Source of the DNA: Macrostomum lignano
Lineage: Eukaryota
Assembly: GCA_002269645.1 (NCBI GenBank)
Contig: NIVC01001004.1
Location: 1 to 64,000, forward strand
Reading direction: 5' to 3'
Length of the DNA: 64,000 nt
The notes below the pieces were generated by a model. That model did no database searches, was not told the DNA's origin, and was given only the letters and a program-made list of their open reading frames with translations. Positions within the stretch are counted from its first letter, which is position 1, and the number at the start of each line of letters is the position of its first letter. Positions 22,911 through 35,095 of the stretch are shown in pieces. A program made the translations under genes and the position numbers.

Positions 22911-24323
22911 TCAATATAACTTCAGCCTATTTTTCGACTTGCTTGCTGACAAAAATTTGACCACTGTAAATTTGAGCAAACTGCAGTCCTTGTTGCAACA
23001 ATTTAATAGGTATCCGTAGCCTATGCGACCCAGCATGCCAGCAACTGAATTTGACGACTCTTTTATTGTCTCCGACGTCTTTGAAGTTGCCGCCGGCTCT
23101 TTCATTGTCTCCGACGTCTTTGAAGTTGCCCCCGACGTCTTTGAAGTTGCCGCCGACTCTTTTATTGTCTCCGACGTCTTTGAAGTTTCCGCCGGCTCTT
23201 TTATTGTCTCCAGCGTTTTTGAAGTTGCCACCGGCTCTTTTATTGTCTCCGACGTCTTTGAAGTTGCCGCCGGCTCTTTTATTGTCTCCGACGTCTTTGA
23301 AGTTGCCGCCGACGTCTTTGAAGTTGCCGCCGACGTCTTTGAAGTTGCCGCCGACTGTTTTATTGGCTCCGACGTCTTTGAAGTTGCCGCCGGCTCTTTT
23401 ATTGTCTCCAGCGTTTTTAAAGTTGCCACCGGCTCTTTTATTGTCTCTGGCGTCTTTGAAGTAGCCGACACTTTTATTGTCTCCGACGTCTTTGAAGTTG
23501 CCGCCGGCTCTTTTATTGTCTCCGACGTCTTTGAAGTTGCCGCCGGCTCTTTTATTGTCTCCGACGTCTTTGAAGTTGCCGCCGACGTCTTTGAAGTTGC
23601 CGCCGACGTCTTTGAAGTTGCCGCCGACGTCTTTGAAGTTGCCGCCGACGTCTTTGAAGTTGCCGCCGACTGTTTTATTGTCTCCGACGTCTTTGAAGTT
23701 GCCGCCGGCTCTTTTATTGTCTCCGACGTCTTTGAAGTTGCCGCCGACGTCTTTGAAGTTGCCGCCGACGTCTTTGAAGTTGCCGCCGACGTCTTTGAAG
23801 TTGCCGCCGACGTCTTTGAAGTTGCCGCCGACGTCTTTGAAGTTGCCGCCGACGTCTTTGAAGTTGCCGCCGACTGTTTTATTGGCTCCGACGTCTTTGA
23901 AGTACCGGAATCTTTTATTGTCTCCGTAATATTTGAAGTTTCGAACCATTTCATTAACTCCGGCGTGCTTGAAGTTGCCGCCGACTCTTTTATTGTCTTT
24001 GAAGTCGCCGCCACCTTTGAACTTGCCGCCTTATTAATATTAGCCGTATAAAAGCCTAACAAAATGCCGTTCCGTTTGACGCTCTCCGGCCAGGCTAATA
24101 AACGAGACCGCACTGTCTGGTCAGGCTGTACGAGAGCTAATAAATGCTCATTGGACTCGACATCTCTGTCAATCTGTACCGCTAGCAACCTGCCAGTGCC
24201 AAGAGGTTGACGGCCCACGCGATTTCTGTCGCAGTAATAGATGCTAACAGTTGCTGGAGTGACGCTAGCGTTTGATATTTTCTGTGACATATCGCCGGAA
24301 CTGGCAACTTGCTGCTGACTCAT
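22911..24323 (-). CDS. Orphan 470-aa ORF: unique N-terminal ~110 aa (possibly PH/EVH1-like) followed by ~300 aa of SAATSKT and SETIKEPAATSKT repeats
   Basis: ATG start. The ORF stays open through unique sequence on both sides of the array. Mixed 21- and 39-bp units all keep frame, and the repeats grade into degenerate coding-like flanks. Confidence 0.55.
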   Translation of the reverse strand: MSQQQVASSGDMSQKISNASVTPATVSIYYCDRNRVGRQPLGTGRLLAVQIDRDVESNEHLLALVQPDQTVRSRLLAWPESVKRNGILLGFYTANINKAASSKVAATSKTIKESAATSSTPELMKWFETSNITETIKDSGTSKTSEPIKQSAATSKTSAATSKTSAATSKTSAATSKTSAATSKTSAATSKTSAATSKTSETIKEPAATSKTSETIKQSAATSKTSAATSKTSAATSKTSAATSKTSAATSKTSETIKEPAATSKTSETIKEPAATSKTSETIKVSATSKTPETIKEPVATLKTLETIKEPAATSKTSEPIKQSAATSKTSAATSKTSAATSKTSETIKEPAATSKTSETIKEPVATSKTLETIKEPAETSKTSETIKESAATSKTSGATSKTSETMKEPAATSKTSETIKESSNSVAGMLGRIGYGYLLNCCNKDCSLLKFTVVKFLSASKSKNRLKLY

Positions 24324-25387
24324 CGCTGGTCTTGCTTCAGCTTGTCTAATAAGCTAAGCTATGTACTTAAGTTCGCTTCGGTGATTGTAAATCAACTTCG
24401 CTTCCCAGTTCCCCTCTACGAGTTTAGTCCTAAGGCCATCACCATGCATTTGAGACCTTTTGAGAAATTACGTTTATAATCGTTTATGGTACAAAATCAA
24501 CGTTCAGATCAGAACATTGTATATAGCCCATACTGATATTGGACACATTAGCTTTAGCCCATCAACATTTGCCTTCTATCATCGACAATTTTGATCTCAA
24601 CGCATGGGGAAACAGAGAAAGCATATAACTTGTCAAGCATAACGCTTCAAGCACAATGAAGCAAAGAGGTGCCACTTGCAGAAGAGTGCTGTTGAGAAAC
24701 TGCAAGGTTTCTTCGAACATTAACAGAGAACGGAGAAAGAGCTGTTTTAAGGCATTTATTTTTAAAATTATCCAGCTACTACCCACACAACTGAACAGTC
24801 AATTGAGGAAGTCCGTTTCCGAAAGATCGTTAAAAGAATAAAGAAATGCTATATTTCGGTTTCAATTTTTTTGCTTTTCGGTCTCCACATCCGTGTGTTT
24901 GAGTAGCGCAAATGCATCTTCAAACGCGAAATTCATAGAAATAGGGCAGTTTGAGGTGAAAGGTCAACTGTCTTTTCACCAATTATCTGTGTCTGTTATA
25001 TTCTTATGATTTTAGTTCTTACTAGAAACGGATATATACTCAACAACATTAAAAAGTCGCCACCTTTGGCTTTGAGAGTGCGCAGTAAATTCCAGCTCAG
25101 TATTGACTTTTCAGTGACACAAGTTGCGCCACGCAACGCAGAGTTGGGCTGGGTGCGGAGTAATTGGGAAGAGCGGAGGGAGAAGAGAGGATAGCGTGCA
25201 TGTACGGTACACATACTATAGTATAAGTTAGTTAGTGCCCAGAGCTCAGCATTACTCCAGCACCAGTCTTTTTGTAGCAATAGTGGCTCTATTCGTACTC
25301 TACTACTTTCTGAATAAGTAGCAAAATAGGCGATTGATTGGTTATGCAATTAAAACGTCACTTATTCGCTCTTTCTGTCTGCCGAAG

Positions 25388-27178
25388 TTGCTTCGTCCGC
25401 CGCAGCGGACCGGCCTCCAATTGAGGTGGCCGTCCTTCTGTCCGACGAGAAGGAGCGCAAGCTGCGCCTCTTCGAACGGTGCCATCAGAATCCGCCGTCT
25501 GGGGTTCGATTCCACCGACTAGATTTAGACGAACTGCTGCAGTCGGGCAGTCGCTATAGAGTTGTGCTGCACAAGATTCACTCGGAATTGACCTCGAATA
25601 AACCCGAATCGATCGATCGTGTCCGGCGGTTTAAAGCTTGGATAGAAGCAAGAGGCTCCGAGTTGGTTCTGTTGGACCCTCTGCGCGGCCTCGAGTCCAT
25701 GCTGCTGTACCGCTTTGCCCAGTGCCAGGCCATGTCCAGGTGTGCTGGGGCTATATAAATTTGCCTATTGTGTTCGATTGATTAATCCGCATTTGGTTAG
25801 AATATGTTCAGTAGCCAAATCACATGCATACACATCTGTCCACGTACTTAAATGCATTCCCGCCCAAGCAGATGTACATTCGGATATCCTCCCAGTCATA
25901 TGTACATCTTCGCCCATGCAAATGTAACAGTAAACTGCCACGCATATGTGATGTACATTATACGCATATCCGCCCAAGCATACGTACGCGCAAATGTACA
26001 CACCCGCCCACGCACATGTACACATACCCGCCCACGAACATGTACACATACCTGCCCACGCACATGTACACCTGCCCGCCCACGCACATGTACACATACC
26101 TGCCCACGCACATGTACACCTGCCCGCCCACGCACATGTACACACACCCAGGCACTTGTACCGGTACACCTGCCCGCCAAGGTACATGTACACAGACACA
26201 CACACAGGCACTTGTACCGGTACACCTGCCCGCCCACGCACGTACACAAATCCTTCCACGCCGTGAAATTTACAGATGCGTCGCCGCATGCCCCGAGCCG
26301 CTGCGCCAGCGGGTGTTCGTGCCCCGCTACGCCCTCGTCCAGAACCCTGGCGACCCCGTCGCCGACTCCGACGGCGCGCTCCGCTTCCCGCTGCTGTGCA
26401 AGCCGCATCTGGCCTCCGGAGCGGAGGCGCACAGTATGTCGCTGGTGTTCAATGCCGGACAGCTGGCCGACCTGCGGCCGCCCTTGGTGGCTCAGGAGTT
26501 TGTCAATCATGGTGCTAGGATTATCAAGGTAAGCATTGATAATTTCCTTTATTTCGGTCCGATAATCCAGACTCATTTCCTGATTCTTTACTACCAGATA
26601 ATCCTCCACTTCACTACCAGATAATCCGCTCCTTCACTACCAGATAATCCGCCCCTTCACTGCCAGATAATCCACACCTTCACTACCAGATAATCCGCCC
26701 TTCACTGCCAGATAATCCACACCTTCACTACCAGATAATCCGCCCCTTCACTACCAGATAATCCGCGCCATCACCGCCCCTTCAACCGCAGGTGTACGTC
26801 CTTGGCAGCCGAATTCACGCCTGCATTCGTCCGTCAGTTCGCGATTTCCAGGCCGACCACGCCGGCCCGGCCATCCAGTTCTCCAGCCACGCCGTCTCCA
26901 AGGCCGGCTGCCAGTCCGAGCTGTCCGACGCCGCTGCCTCCGCTCAAAACGGCGATGACGGCGAGATGCTGCTGTCCCGCTACTCCGGCCTGCTGGAGCC
27001 GCTGTGCCGTGCGTGCCGCTCTGTGCTGGGCCTCGACCTGCTCAATTTGGACCTGGTGCCCGACACCCGATCTGGTAGATTAGGCCTGGTAGACATTAAC
27101 CAGTTTCCCGGATTCGAGTCCATGCCCAACTATGTTGACGCTCTGGTTGAGTTGATCAAGCTGAAGGTTAATTATTAG
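25388..27178 (+). CDS. ITPK1: Inositol-tetrakisphosphate 1-kinase (ATP-grasp). Exons ~25388-25739, 26276-26528, 26792-27178; the start-codon exon is not resolved
   Basis: Motifs VVLHKI, VLLDPL, FPLLCKP..AHSMSLVFN, QEFVNHGARIIKVYVLG, NLDLV and VDINQFPGF match ITPK1. Junction phases (2,0) are consistent. An in-frame stop at 25351 implies an upstream exon. Confidence 0.9.
25990..26245. repeat. 24-bp tandem repeat (cacgcacatgtacacatacctgcc) in an ITPK1 intron
   Basis: Read directly from the sequence. Confidence 0.9.
26590..26770. repeat. 23-bp tandem repeat (accagataatccgccccttcact) in an ITPK1 intron
   Basis: About 8 units. Confidence 0.9.
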
Positions 27179-27254
27179 TCAGGACATTGGGTCCCGTCGG
27201 GTGAAGGACTGTCGGACTGAGTCGATTTGAATAGGAAATCTTTTTATTCCCTGA

Positions 27255-28600
27255 TTTATCCCCTCTCCACTCCATTCTATCCCCTCTCCTCTCCATTCTA
27301 TCCTCTCTCCACTCCATTCTATCCCCTCTCCTCTCCATTCTATCCTCTCTCCACTCCATTCTATCCCCTCTCCTCTTCATTCTATCCCCTCTCCACTCCA
27401 TTCTATCCCCTCTCCTCTCCATTCTATCCTCTCTCCACTTCATTCTATCCCCTCTCCTCTCCATTCTATCCTCTCTCCACTCCATTCTATCCCCTCTCCT
27501 CTTCATTCTATCCCCTCTCCACTCCATTCTATCCTCTCTCCACTCCATTCTATCCCCTCTCCTCTTCATTCTATCCCCTCTCCACTCCATTCTATCCCCT
27601 CTCCCCTCCATTCTATCCTCTCTCCACTCCATTCTATCCCCTCTCCTCTTCATTCTATCCCCTCTCCACTCCATTCTATCCCCTCTCCTCTCCATTCTAT
27701 CCTCTCTCCACTCCATTCTATCCCCTCTCCACTCCATTCTATCCCCTCTCCACTCCATTCTATCCTCTCTCCACTCCATTCTATCCCCTCTCCACTCCAT
27801 TCTATCCCCTCTCCACTCCATTCTATCCCCTCCACTCCATTCTATCCCCTCTCCACTCCATTCTATCCCCTCTCCACTCCATTCTATCCTCTCTCCACTC
27901 CATTCTATCCCCTCTCCACTCCATTCTATCCCCTCTCCACTCCATTCTATCCCCTCCACTCCATTCTATCCCCTCTCCTCTCCATTCTATCCTCTCTCCA
28001 CTCCATTCTATCCCCTCTTCACTCCATTCTATCCCCTCTCCACTCCATTCTATCCCCTCTCCACTCCATTCTATCCCCTCTCCACTTCCACTCCATTCTA
28101 TCCCTTCTCCTCTCCATTCTATATCTTCTCCTCTCCATTCTATCCCCTCTCCACTCCATTCTATCCCCTCTCCACTCCATTCTATCCCCTCCACTCCATT
28201 CTATCCCCTCTCCACTCCATTCTATCCCCTCCACTCCATTCTATCCCTTCTCCTCTCCATTCTATATCTTCTCCTCTCCATTCTATCCCCTCTCCACTCC
28301 ATTCTATCCCCTCTCCACTCCATTCTATCCCCTCTCCACTTCATTCTATCCCCTCTCCACACCATTCTATCCCCTCTCCACTCCATTCTATCCCTTCTCC
28401 TCTCCATTCTATCCTCCTCTCCACTTCATTCTATCCCCTCTCCACTCCATTCTATCCCCTCTCCACTCCATTCTATCCCCTCTCCACTCCATTCTGTCCC
28501 CTCTCCTCTTCATTCTATCCATTCTCCTCTTCATTCTATCCCCTCTCTACTCCAATCTATCCCCTCTCTACTCCATTCTATCCCCTCGCCACTCCATTTG
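27255..28600. repeat. 21-bp pyrimidine-rich minisatellite (ctctccactccattctatccc) x~60
   Basis: Read directly; source of the spurious ORFs at 27168-28642. Confidence 0.97.
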
Positions 28601-29119
28601 ACCCCCTCTCGCTCACCCATTGGAACCTCCGCCTCCCACTGATTTATTTCACGTTTTTATGCTTTAGATGTAATGCACTTTTAGGAAGTTTAACTGACTT
28701 ATCTGAAGCAGTATATTTAACTTGCCTAAACAATACATACCCAGTGTGCACTCGCTACTCTTGCAGTAATTTCTGCTTTACTATTTAGTGCAATTTGAAC
28801 AGGTATTTTGACTAATCCTGCTAACAATCAGCTAATGTTCAATTACCAGCAGTTCACCCGTGTCCCCGGCTCGCGCCGTCCTTGCGACTGGAATCTGTTT
28901 AATCCGATTTTTGCTTTTTATACACTGTACCTTCTAAGATTTTTCTTTTGTCAAAGCCATCGCCTGCTGATTGCGTGTTAGACTGCTTAACTACAATATA
29001 TATTCCTTTCTATTATGTTATTAGGATTTATGACTTGATTGCGCTTCAGATTGTCGTCTATTAAATCCTAACTAATTTGTTTGGTTTTCTGTTTTAGTAC
29101 ATTCTGCATCAAAAGCAAT

Positions 29120-29178
29120 GTCAGTGTTTGTCTGTTTGTCTGCCTGTCTGTCTGTCTGCCTGTCTGTCTGCCTCTCTG

Positions 29179-29259
<81 letters not shown>

Positions 29260-29282
29260 TTCTGTCTGTCTGTCTGACTGAC

Positions 29283-29327
<45 letters not shown>

Positions 29328-29328
29328 T

Positions 29329-29359
<31 letters not shown>

Positions 29360-29468
29360 GCCTGTCTGTCTGTCTGCCTGCCTGCCTGTTTGTCTGTCTG
29401 CCTGTCTGTCTGTCTGCCTGCCTGCCTGTTTGTCTGTCTGCCTGTCTGTCTGCCTCTCTGTGTCTGCC

Positions 29469-29501
<33 letters not shown>

Positions 29502-29581
29502 GACTGTCTGTCTGTCTGTCCGTCTGTCTGTCTGTCTGTCCGTCTGTCTATCTGTCTGTCTGTCTGTCTGTCTGTCTGACT

Positions 29582-29615
<34 letters not shown>

Positions 29616-29688
29616 CTGTCTGTCCGTCTGTCTGTCTGTCTGCCTGCCTCTCTGTGTCTGTCTGTCTTAGTGTCTGTCTGTCTATCTT

Positions 29689-29739
<51 letters not shown>

Positions 29740-29760
29740 GCCTCTTTGTGTCTGCCTGTC
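29120..29760. repeat. (TCTG)n microsatellite
   Basis: Read directly from the sequence. Confidence 0.97.
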
Positions 29761-30324
29761 TGTTTTTCTTTTAGAAATGTAAAGTTTGTTGATTTACACA
29801 GGGACAATGGCTGTGTGACATGTTTGAAGGCATTGCGGATGTGAAAGTATACTTTATTTTTTATTTTCGGTGCTCATACAGTATAAATGAAATTGAAATA
29901 TTTTTTTCTCTCTTGACGGTAAAATCAGGTAGGTATGCAAAAGGTGAACTTCTTACAAATAGTTATAAAGAAGGCATTACAGTATTTCGACTGAGAAAAA
30001 AATCTAGATAGAGAAAGGCAGGAAAGCTCTTTAGCGATCAAACAGCTTCTTCTCTAAAAATCGATAATCTGATTAAAGATAAAGGCATAGTGTGGGCGTT
30101 CACTATAACACAAGCTGCAGGTGTGCAAACTAAACTAAAATTGGAACTGTAACTAAAACTTGTTGGTTACAGCTATTATATAAAAGTTCAGCCATTGAAA
30201 ACCTGTCAAAAAACCTTCAGTTTCAGAGTGACGCAGCTGGTGTGAAATGACTTGTGCAATAAGCTGGCTCGTATATTAAAGCAAGAAGGCCCATTACAGC
30301 ACAGCAGTTAATTTTTTTAGAGGC

Positions 30325-30480
30325 ACTTAAGCGACATTGTCACACAACTGGCGAGAGGCATTACTGCCCATTCCGCCGACTCCCCTGAGCAGGCACACAC
30401 TCACACAGGAGTGAACAGCGGCCCTAAGTTTATTTTATCGTTAGGCATGTACACTTCACTGTGCCTTGGGGGTTGGCCCT
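30325..30480 (+). repeat. Dispersed repeat family R1, copy 2
   Basis: Shares blocks with 7850-7975 (-) and 35950-36075 (-), e.g. cacactcacacagg and atgtacact...tgtgccttgggggttggc. Confidence 0.8.
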
Positions 30481-30612
30481 CAATGGCGTTAATTGCACGA
30501 GCAGAGCCAAGCCGAGATTCCAATTTAGCCCCAGTAGCCCCAGTAAAACAGTAGCCAGGCGTAGCCAAGATTCTTCATTGGGAATAGGAGCGCCTCTAAG
30601 TAGCAGCTGATA

Positions 30613-30935
30613 TCATTTGAGTAAGCGCCAATCTCATTTGAGTAAGCGCCAATCTCATTTAAGTAAGCGCCAATCTCATTTGAGTAAGCGCCAATCTCAT
30701 TTGAGTAAGCGCCAATCTCATTTAAATAAGCGCCAATCTCATTTGAGTAAGCGCCAATCTCATTTAAGTAAGCGCCAATCTCATTTAAGTAAGCGCCAAT
30801 CTCATTTAAGTAAGCGCCAATCTCATTTGAGTAAGCGCCAATCTCATTTGAGTAAGCGCCAATCTCATTTGAGTAAGCGCCAATCTCATTTAAGTAAGCG
30901 CCAATCTCATTTGAGTAAGCGCCAATCTCATTTGA
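30613..30935. repeat. 21-bp tandem repeat (catttgagtaagcgccaatct) x~15
   Basis: Read directly from the sequence. Confidence 0.97.
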
Positions 30936-31378
30936 ATGAACTGCTGCAAGGAGGTACTTTTGCCAGTCAACTGGATCCCTGACTACGCCCCTTGGTTGAA
31001 CATTGCATTGAGCATCTCGGATTGCACCAGCCGTAACCGCAGCATTTTTAAAAGTGCATTTATTGATAGCTACCGTAAAAAATGATAAATGTCTATTTTA
31101 AGCGGCTAAACAGTTGCTACACACGCGCGTGCTTAAGATCTAAGCAAAACTAATTAGAAAAGTGTAGAAAAAAACGATTTACAACGAGCTGTGGCGCATT
31201 TTGCAGTGCAGCAGCTTCTCTAAAAAAAGAAATTTTCGAAGGCCGATTTTTTGAACAATTTTTTTTCTTTTAAGGACAACAACTTGAGTAGCTATAATGC
31301 TGTCCTGTCCTTTTCAGCGCTTTGCTTGGATTTCCACACAGTTATTTTGAATTAAAAAATCGGCCTTCAAAAGTGTAA

Positions 31379-31384
31379 TTTATT
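31379..31384 (-). terminator. Polyadenylation signal of SLC22 copy 1
   Basis: AATAAA on the minus strand, 2 nt after the TGA stop. Confidence 0.55.
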
Positions 31385-31386
31385 AC

Positions 31387-33249
31387 TCAAGCCAGCTCCA
31401 CTTTCATCTGGTCGCTCTGCTTCGATTGTGACTTCGGCTTTGACGACTTCTTCTGCAGTTTGATCTCCTCTTCGTCGCTGGATCCGCCCGGATACTCTTG
31501 GCTGCTGTCGTCTTCATCGTCCTCCTCCTCCTTCGGCTGCTCCGCCCGCTGCTCCATGTCGATGCTGATGACGTCATCGTTTAAAGCGGAGCCGGTGCTC
31601 AAAGCGCCGCCGCGCCCGCCGCAACGGCAGCCGACAGGCCGCATCTGCGCTACGGTGTTTGGCATGGCGCGGCCACGCGACTCCGGCAGTAGCAGCGCCG
31701 CCAGGCCGGCCAAGACGGTGACCGATCCGTACAGCAGGCTGGGCAGGTGCGGGTACACCTGGGACAGGATGCCGCCCAGCTCCGGGGCCATGAACTGGCC
31801 GAGGCCCATCACGCTGAATGCAAAGAACAGCGAGCAGCTGCGCACGGTCGTGGGCAGCACCTCGGAGCCGTAGACGTTCAGCTCGCTGTAGGCGACGGTG
31901 ATGCTGAACTTCACCGCGATGGCCACGCAGCTGTGCGCCTGGAACACCACGCTGGGGTCTCTGGGAATGAACGGCATGAGGATGAGGCCCAGGCCGCAGA
32001 AGCACATGGTGATCACGGTGGTTGGCTTCCTACCAATTCGATTGATCATCTGCCAGGCGATGAGGTAGGCCGGCACCTCCAACAGGCCGGAGATGAGCAC
32101 GTTCAGGTACGGATCCAAGGTGATGAAGTCGCGCTGAAAGCACATGGCGTGATAGACAAATGCGGCGGTGAAGAAGTTGACAGTAACCACGGCCAGGGTG
32201 ATCAAATAATCGGCGTTGAAGATGTTCTCCTTGGGCAGGCACTTGAGGATGCGCCTTGAGGACGCGGAGTCTTCGCCGCTGTTGACAAATTCGTTGTCGG
32301 TCAGTTCGAACTTGTCCAACGCGTTCGGGCAGCCTGAAAATTTGCACACCTGTCGGAGAATTTTCTCCGCCCGACGCGTCTTGCCCCGGGTGAGCAGCCA
32401 GCGAGGCGACTCGGGCAGCACCGGGATGTAGGTGGCGAAGCTCAGGCCCGTGATGACCACCACGGCCATCATCTGGTGTCGCCAATTCAGCATGTAGTAG
32501 CTAATTGCGGCAGAGCTGCTGTAGGCCACCACCCAGGTCATCCAGAACATGTTGCCGTGCAGGCTGCGGTAGTTTTCCCCGACCAGCTCCGTGATGAGTA
32601 TGAGGCCCATGAGCAGGGCGGGGTCGCCACAGCCCATGAAGAATCTGAGCACCATCTGGGCGGTGAGGTCCTTGACGAAGACCACAGCCAGGTTGCATGC
32701 CAGGTTGAGGTAGCAGAAAGCCACAAGCACTGTCTTGCGGCCGAGCAGATCGCCCAGAGGCCCGACCAGGGTGGACAGGAAGACGCCGAACTGCAGCACC
32801 GTCTGCATTCGGTCGTTGAGATACTGCCGATCGCAGACCATTTCGTATTCGATCAGCATGGTCCACCGGTCCGGGTGGTCGGGGTTGAACTGCCACGCCT
32901 CGCACTTCTCAGTCCCGGCGGCGGCAGCGGAGCTCGAATCGTTCTGAAAGTCATCCTCCAGGTTCAACAGACCGTCAGCGCCGCGCCAGAACCTCGGCGC
33001 TCTGCAGGTGAACTGCTCGATGCTAAAATTCAACGCGAAGCTGTTTTTTGCAAGGACGTCAGTCCAGGACAAAGTCTGATTGTCCACGATCGCTTGGGCG
33101 CAGTGGAACGGCACGCTAGCCGTAGCCAAGTTCGTCACGAACATGTCGAATGCGGACTTCATGGACAGCACGGACAGCAGGATGGTGATGGTCCAGCGGT
33201 AGCCGGGCCCCGACTTGGAGATTTGCTTCAGCAGTTCTTCGTAATTCAT
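31387..33249 (-). CDS. SLC22/organic cation transporter family MFS transporter, copy 1 (620 aa, no CDS introns); probable 5'UTR intron 33255-33516
   Basis: Cys-containing extracellular loop after TM1 (EYEMVCDR), GDLLGRK, TELVG, PESPRWL, GRK in the second half, SEVLPTTVR and LPESRG. About 12 hydrophobic segments. Upstream ACG|GTAAGT donor and CAG acceptor 5 nt before the ATG. Confidence 0.95.
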   Translation of the reverse strand: MNYEELLKQISKSGPGYRWTITILLSVLSMKSAFDMFVTNLATASVPFHCAQAIVDNQTLSWTDVLAKNSFALNFSIEQFTCRAPRFWRGADGLLNLEDDFQNDSSSAAAAGTEKCEAWQFNPDHPDRWTMLIEYEMVCDRQYLNDRMQTVLQFGVFLSTLVGPLGDLLGRKTVLVAFCYLNLACNLAVVFVKDLTAQMVLRFFMGCGDPALLMGLILITELVGENYRSLHGNMFWMTWVVAYSSSAAISYYMLNWRHQMMAVVVITGLSFATYIPVLPESPRWLLTRGKTRRAEKILRQVCKFSGCPNALDKFELTDNEFVNSGEDSASSRRILKCLPKENIFNADYLITLAVVTVNFFTAAFVYHAMCFQRDFITLDPYLNVLISGLLEVPAYLIAWQMINRIGRKPTTVITMCFCGLGLILMPFIPRDPSVVFQAHSCVAIAVKFSITVAYSELNVYGSEVLPTTVRSCSLFFAFSVMGLGQFMAPELGGILSQVYPHLPSLLYGSVTVLAGLAALLLPESRGRAMPNTVAQMRPVGCRCGGRGGALSTGSALNDDVISIDMEQRAEQPKEEEDDEDDSSQEYPGGSSDEEEIKLQKKSSKPKSQSKQSDQMKVELA

Positions 33250-34344
33250 CTCTACTGACTATTTTAATCTGGCGATCCAGCCTGTTCATATGTCTGCAAT
33301 ACGAGGTGGCGATGGGGTCTACGTGAAATGCCCTGGTCCGGTTCGGGCGGACTTATATATGCCCAACTGTGAAACGAGGTTAAAGTACACGCAGCCTATG
33401 TTGAGCCTCGTACAATTTAACCCCTTACAGACAGAACAGTCGGACAAAATCTTTCTATCCAACAAAAGATTACGGACACTCTGCCTTTTCCCAATGCCTC
33501 CCAGTAACCAACTTACCGTTGTTGCTTCCGATTTGCACTGCCCTCGGACTTTGATGAGTCGGATAGCTGAGCAGCCTGTACCATACGGTCTGCAAATGTT
33601 TAAGTGCTTTCAGCAATGTTTTACAGCAAAACAATGGGCTGCTGATCTACAAAACGTTTAGCGACAGCCAGAAAAAATGAGCGAGACAGAGAACGGCGAG
33701 AACAGCTGGAGCTGGGAGTGTGCAGTACTCCGCATCATTGCATTGTATTTATCTGCTGGCTATTACTGCATGATTGTACACTTGAGGTCTGCAGCCACTC
33801 AGAACACTACTTGTCCGTTTCTCTGCCCCCCCACACTGTACTCCGGAAGACCTCATCGCATCCTAGCGCTGCCTCCTCTCAAAGCTGCATGCAAGCGGCC
33901 ATTAACCCACAGTTCATTCAGTCTGTCTTTCTCGCCCCTCCGCCCGGCCCGTGGGAATTTTCCATGACGCTAATTTTAGACGGGTTCTCGGGTTTTTTCC
34001 AACAAGTATGCGGGTTTTTCTCAGTGTGTGCCTGTGCGTACTTTCAACGTCTTAGTTACATTATACGGCTGCTTTCTCAGCGATGGCACAATGTCACAAT
34101 GTACCCTGCATACATGCTGCACTACTGTATCCTTTTGGCTATCATAGTCGCATATTGTAACTTTCGTTCTATAAGGGAGAGAGATACGAAAAACAGCTTT
34201 GTAATCTGCCCTCTTGCCACCCTCCTTTTTGGTCTTAGTTACATTTATTGTATAATCAATCTGCTTTTATGTGTCCAATTGAAACTTGATAGGTTTACTT
34301 TTTTGTGACAAATTTCTTCATCTAGCTCGTTACAGTCCATGTGT

Positions 34345-35095
34345 CCACTTTGTCTATCTATATCTACCTGTCCATGTATTCAGCTTATCTACCCTGCCTA
34401 CCTGTCCATGTATTCACCCTTGTCTACCCTGCCTACCTGTCCAAATATTCACCCTTGTCTACCCTGCCTACCTGTCCATATATTCACCCTTGTCTTCCTG
34501 TCCATGTATTCACCTTGTCTACCTACCTACCTGTCCATATATTCACCCTTGTCTTCCTGTCTACCTGTCCATGTATTCAGCTTGTCTATACCTGCCTACC
34601 TGTCCATGTATTCACCCTTGTCTACCCTGCCTACCTGTCCAAATATTCACCCTTGTCTACCCTGCCTACCTGCCCAAATATTCACCCTTGTTTACCCTGC
34701 CTACCTGTCCAAATATTCACCCTTGTCTACCCTGTCTACTTGTCCGTTTATTCACCTTGTCTAGCTGCCTACCTGTCCATATATTCACCCTTGTCTTCCT
34801 GTCCATGTATTCACCTTGTCTACCTGCCTACCTGTCGATATATTCACCCTTGTCTACCTGTCTACCTGTCCATGTATTCACCTTGTCTTCCTGTCTACCT
34901 GTCCATGTATTCAGCTTGTCTACCCTGCCTACCTGTCCATATATTCCCCCTTGTCTACCCTGTCTACTTGTCCGTTTATTCACCTTGTCTACCTGCCTAC
35001 CTGTCCATGTATTCAGCTTATCTACCCTGCCTACCTGTCCATATATTCACCCTTGTCTACCTGTCCATGTTTTCACCTTGTCTACCTGTCTACTT
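34345..35095. repeat. Degenerate ~26-38-bp tandem repeat (ctacctgtccatgtattcacccttgt)
   Basis: Read directly; source of the overlapping low-complexity ORFs. Confidence 0.9.
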
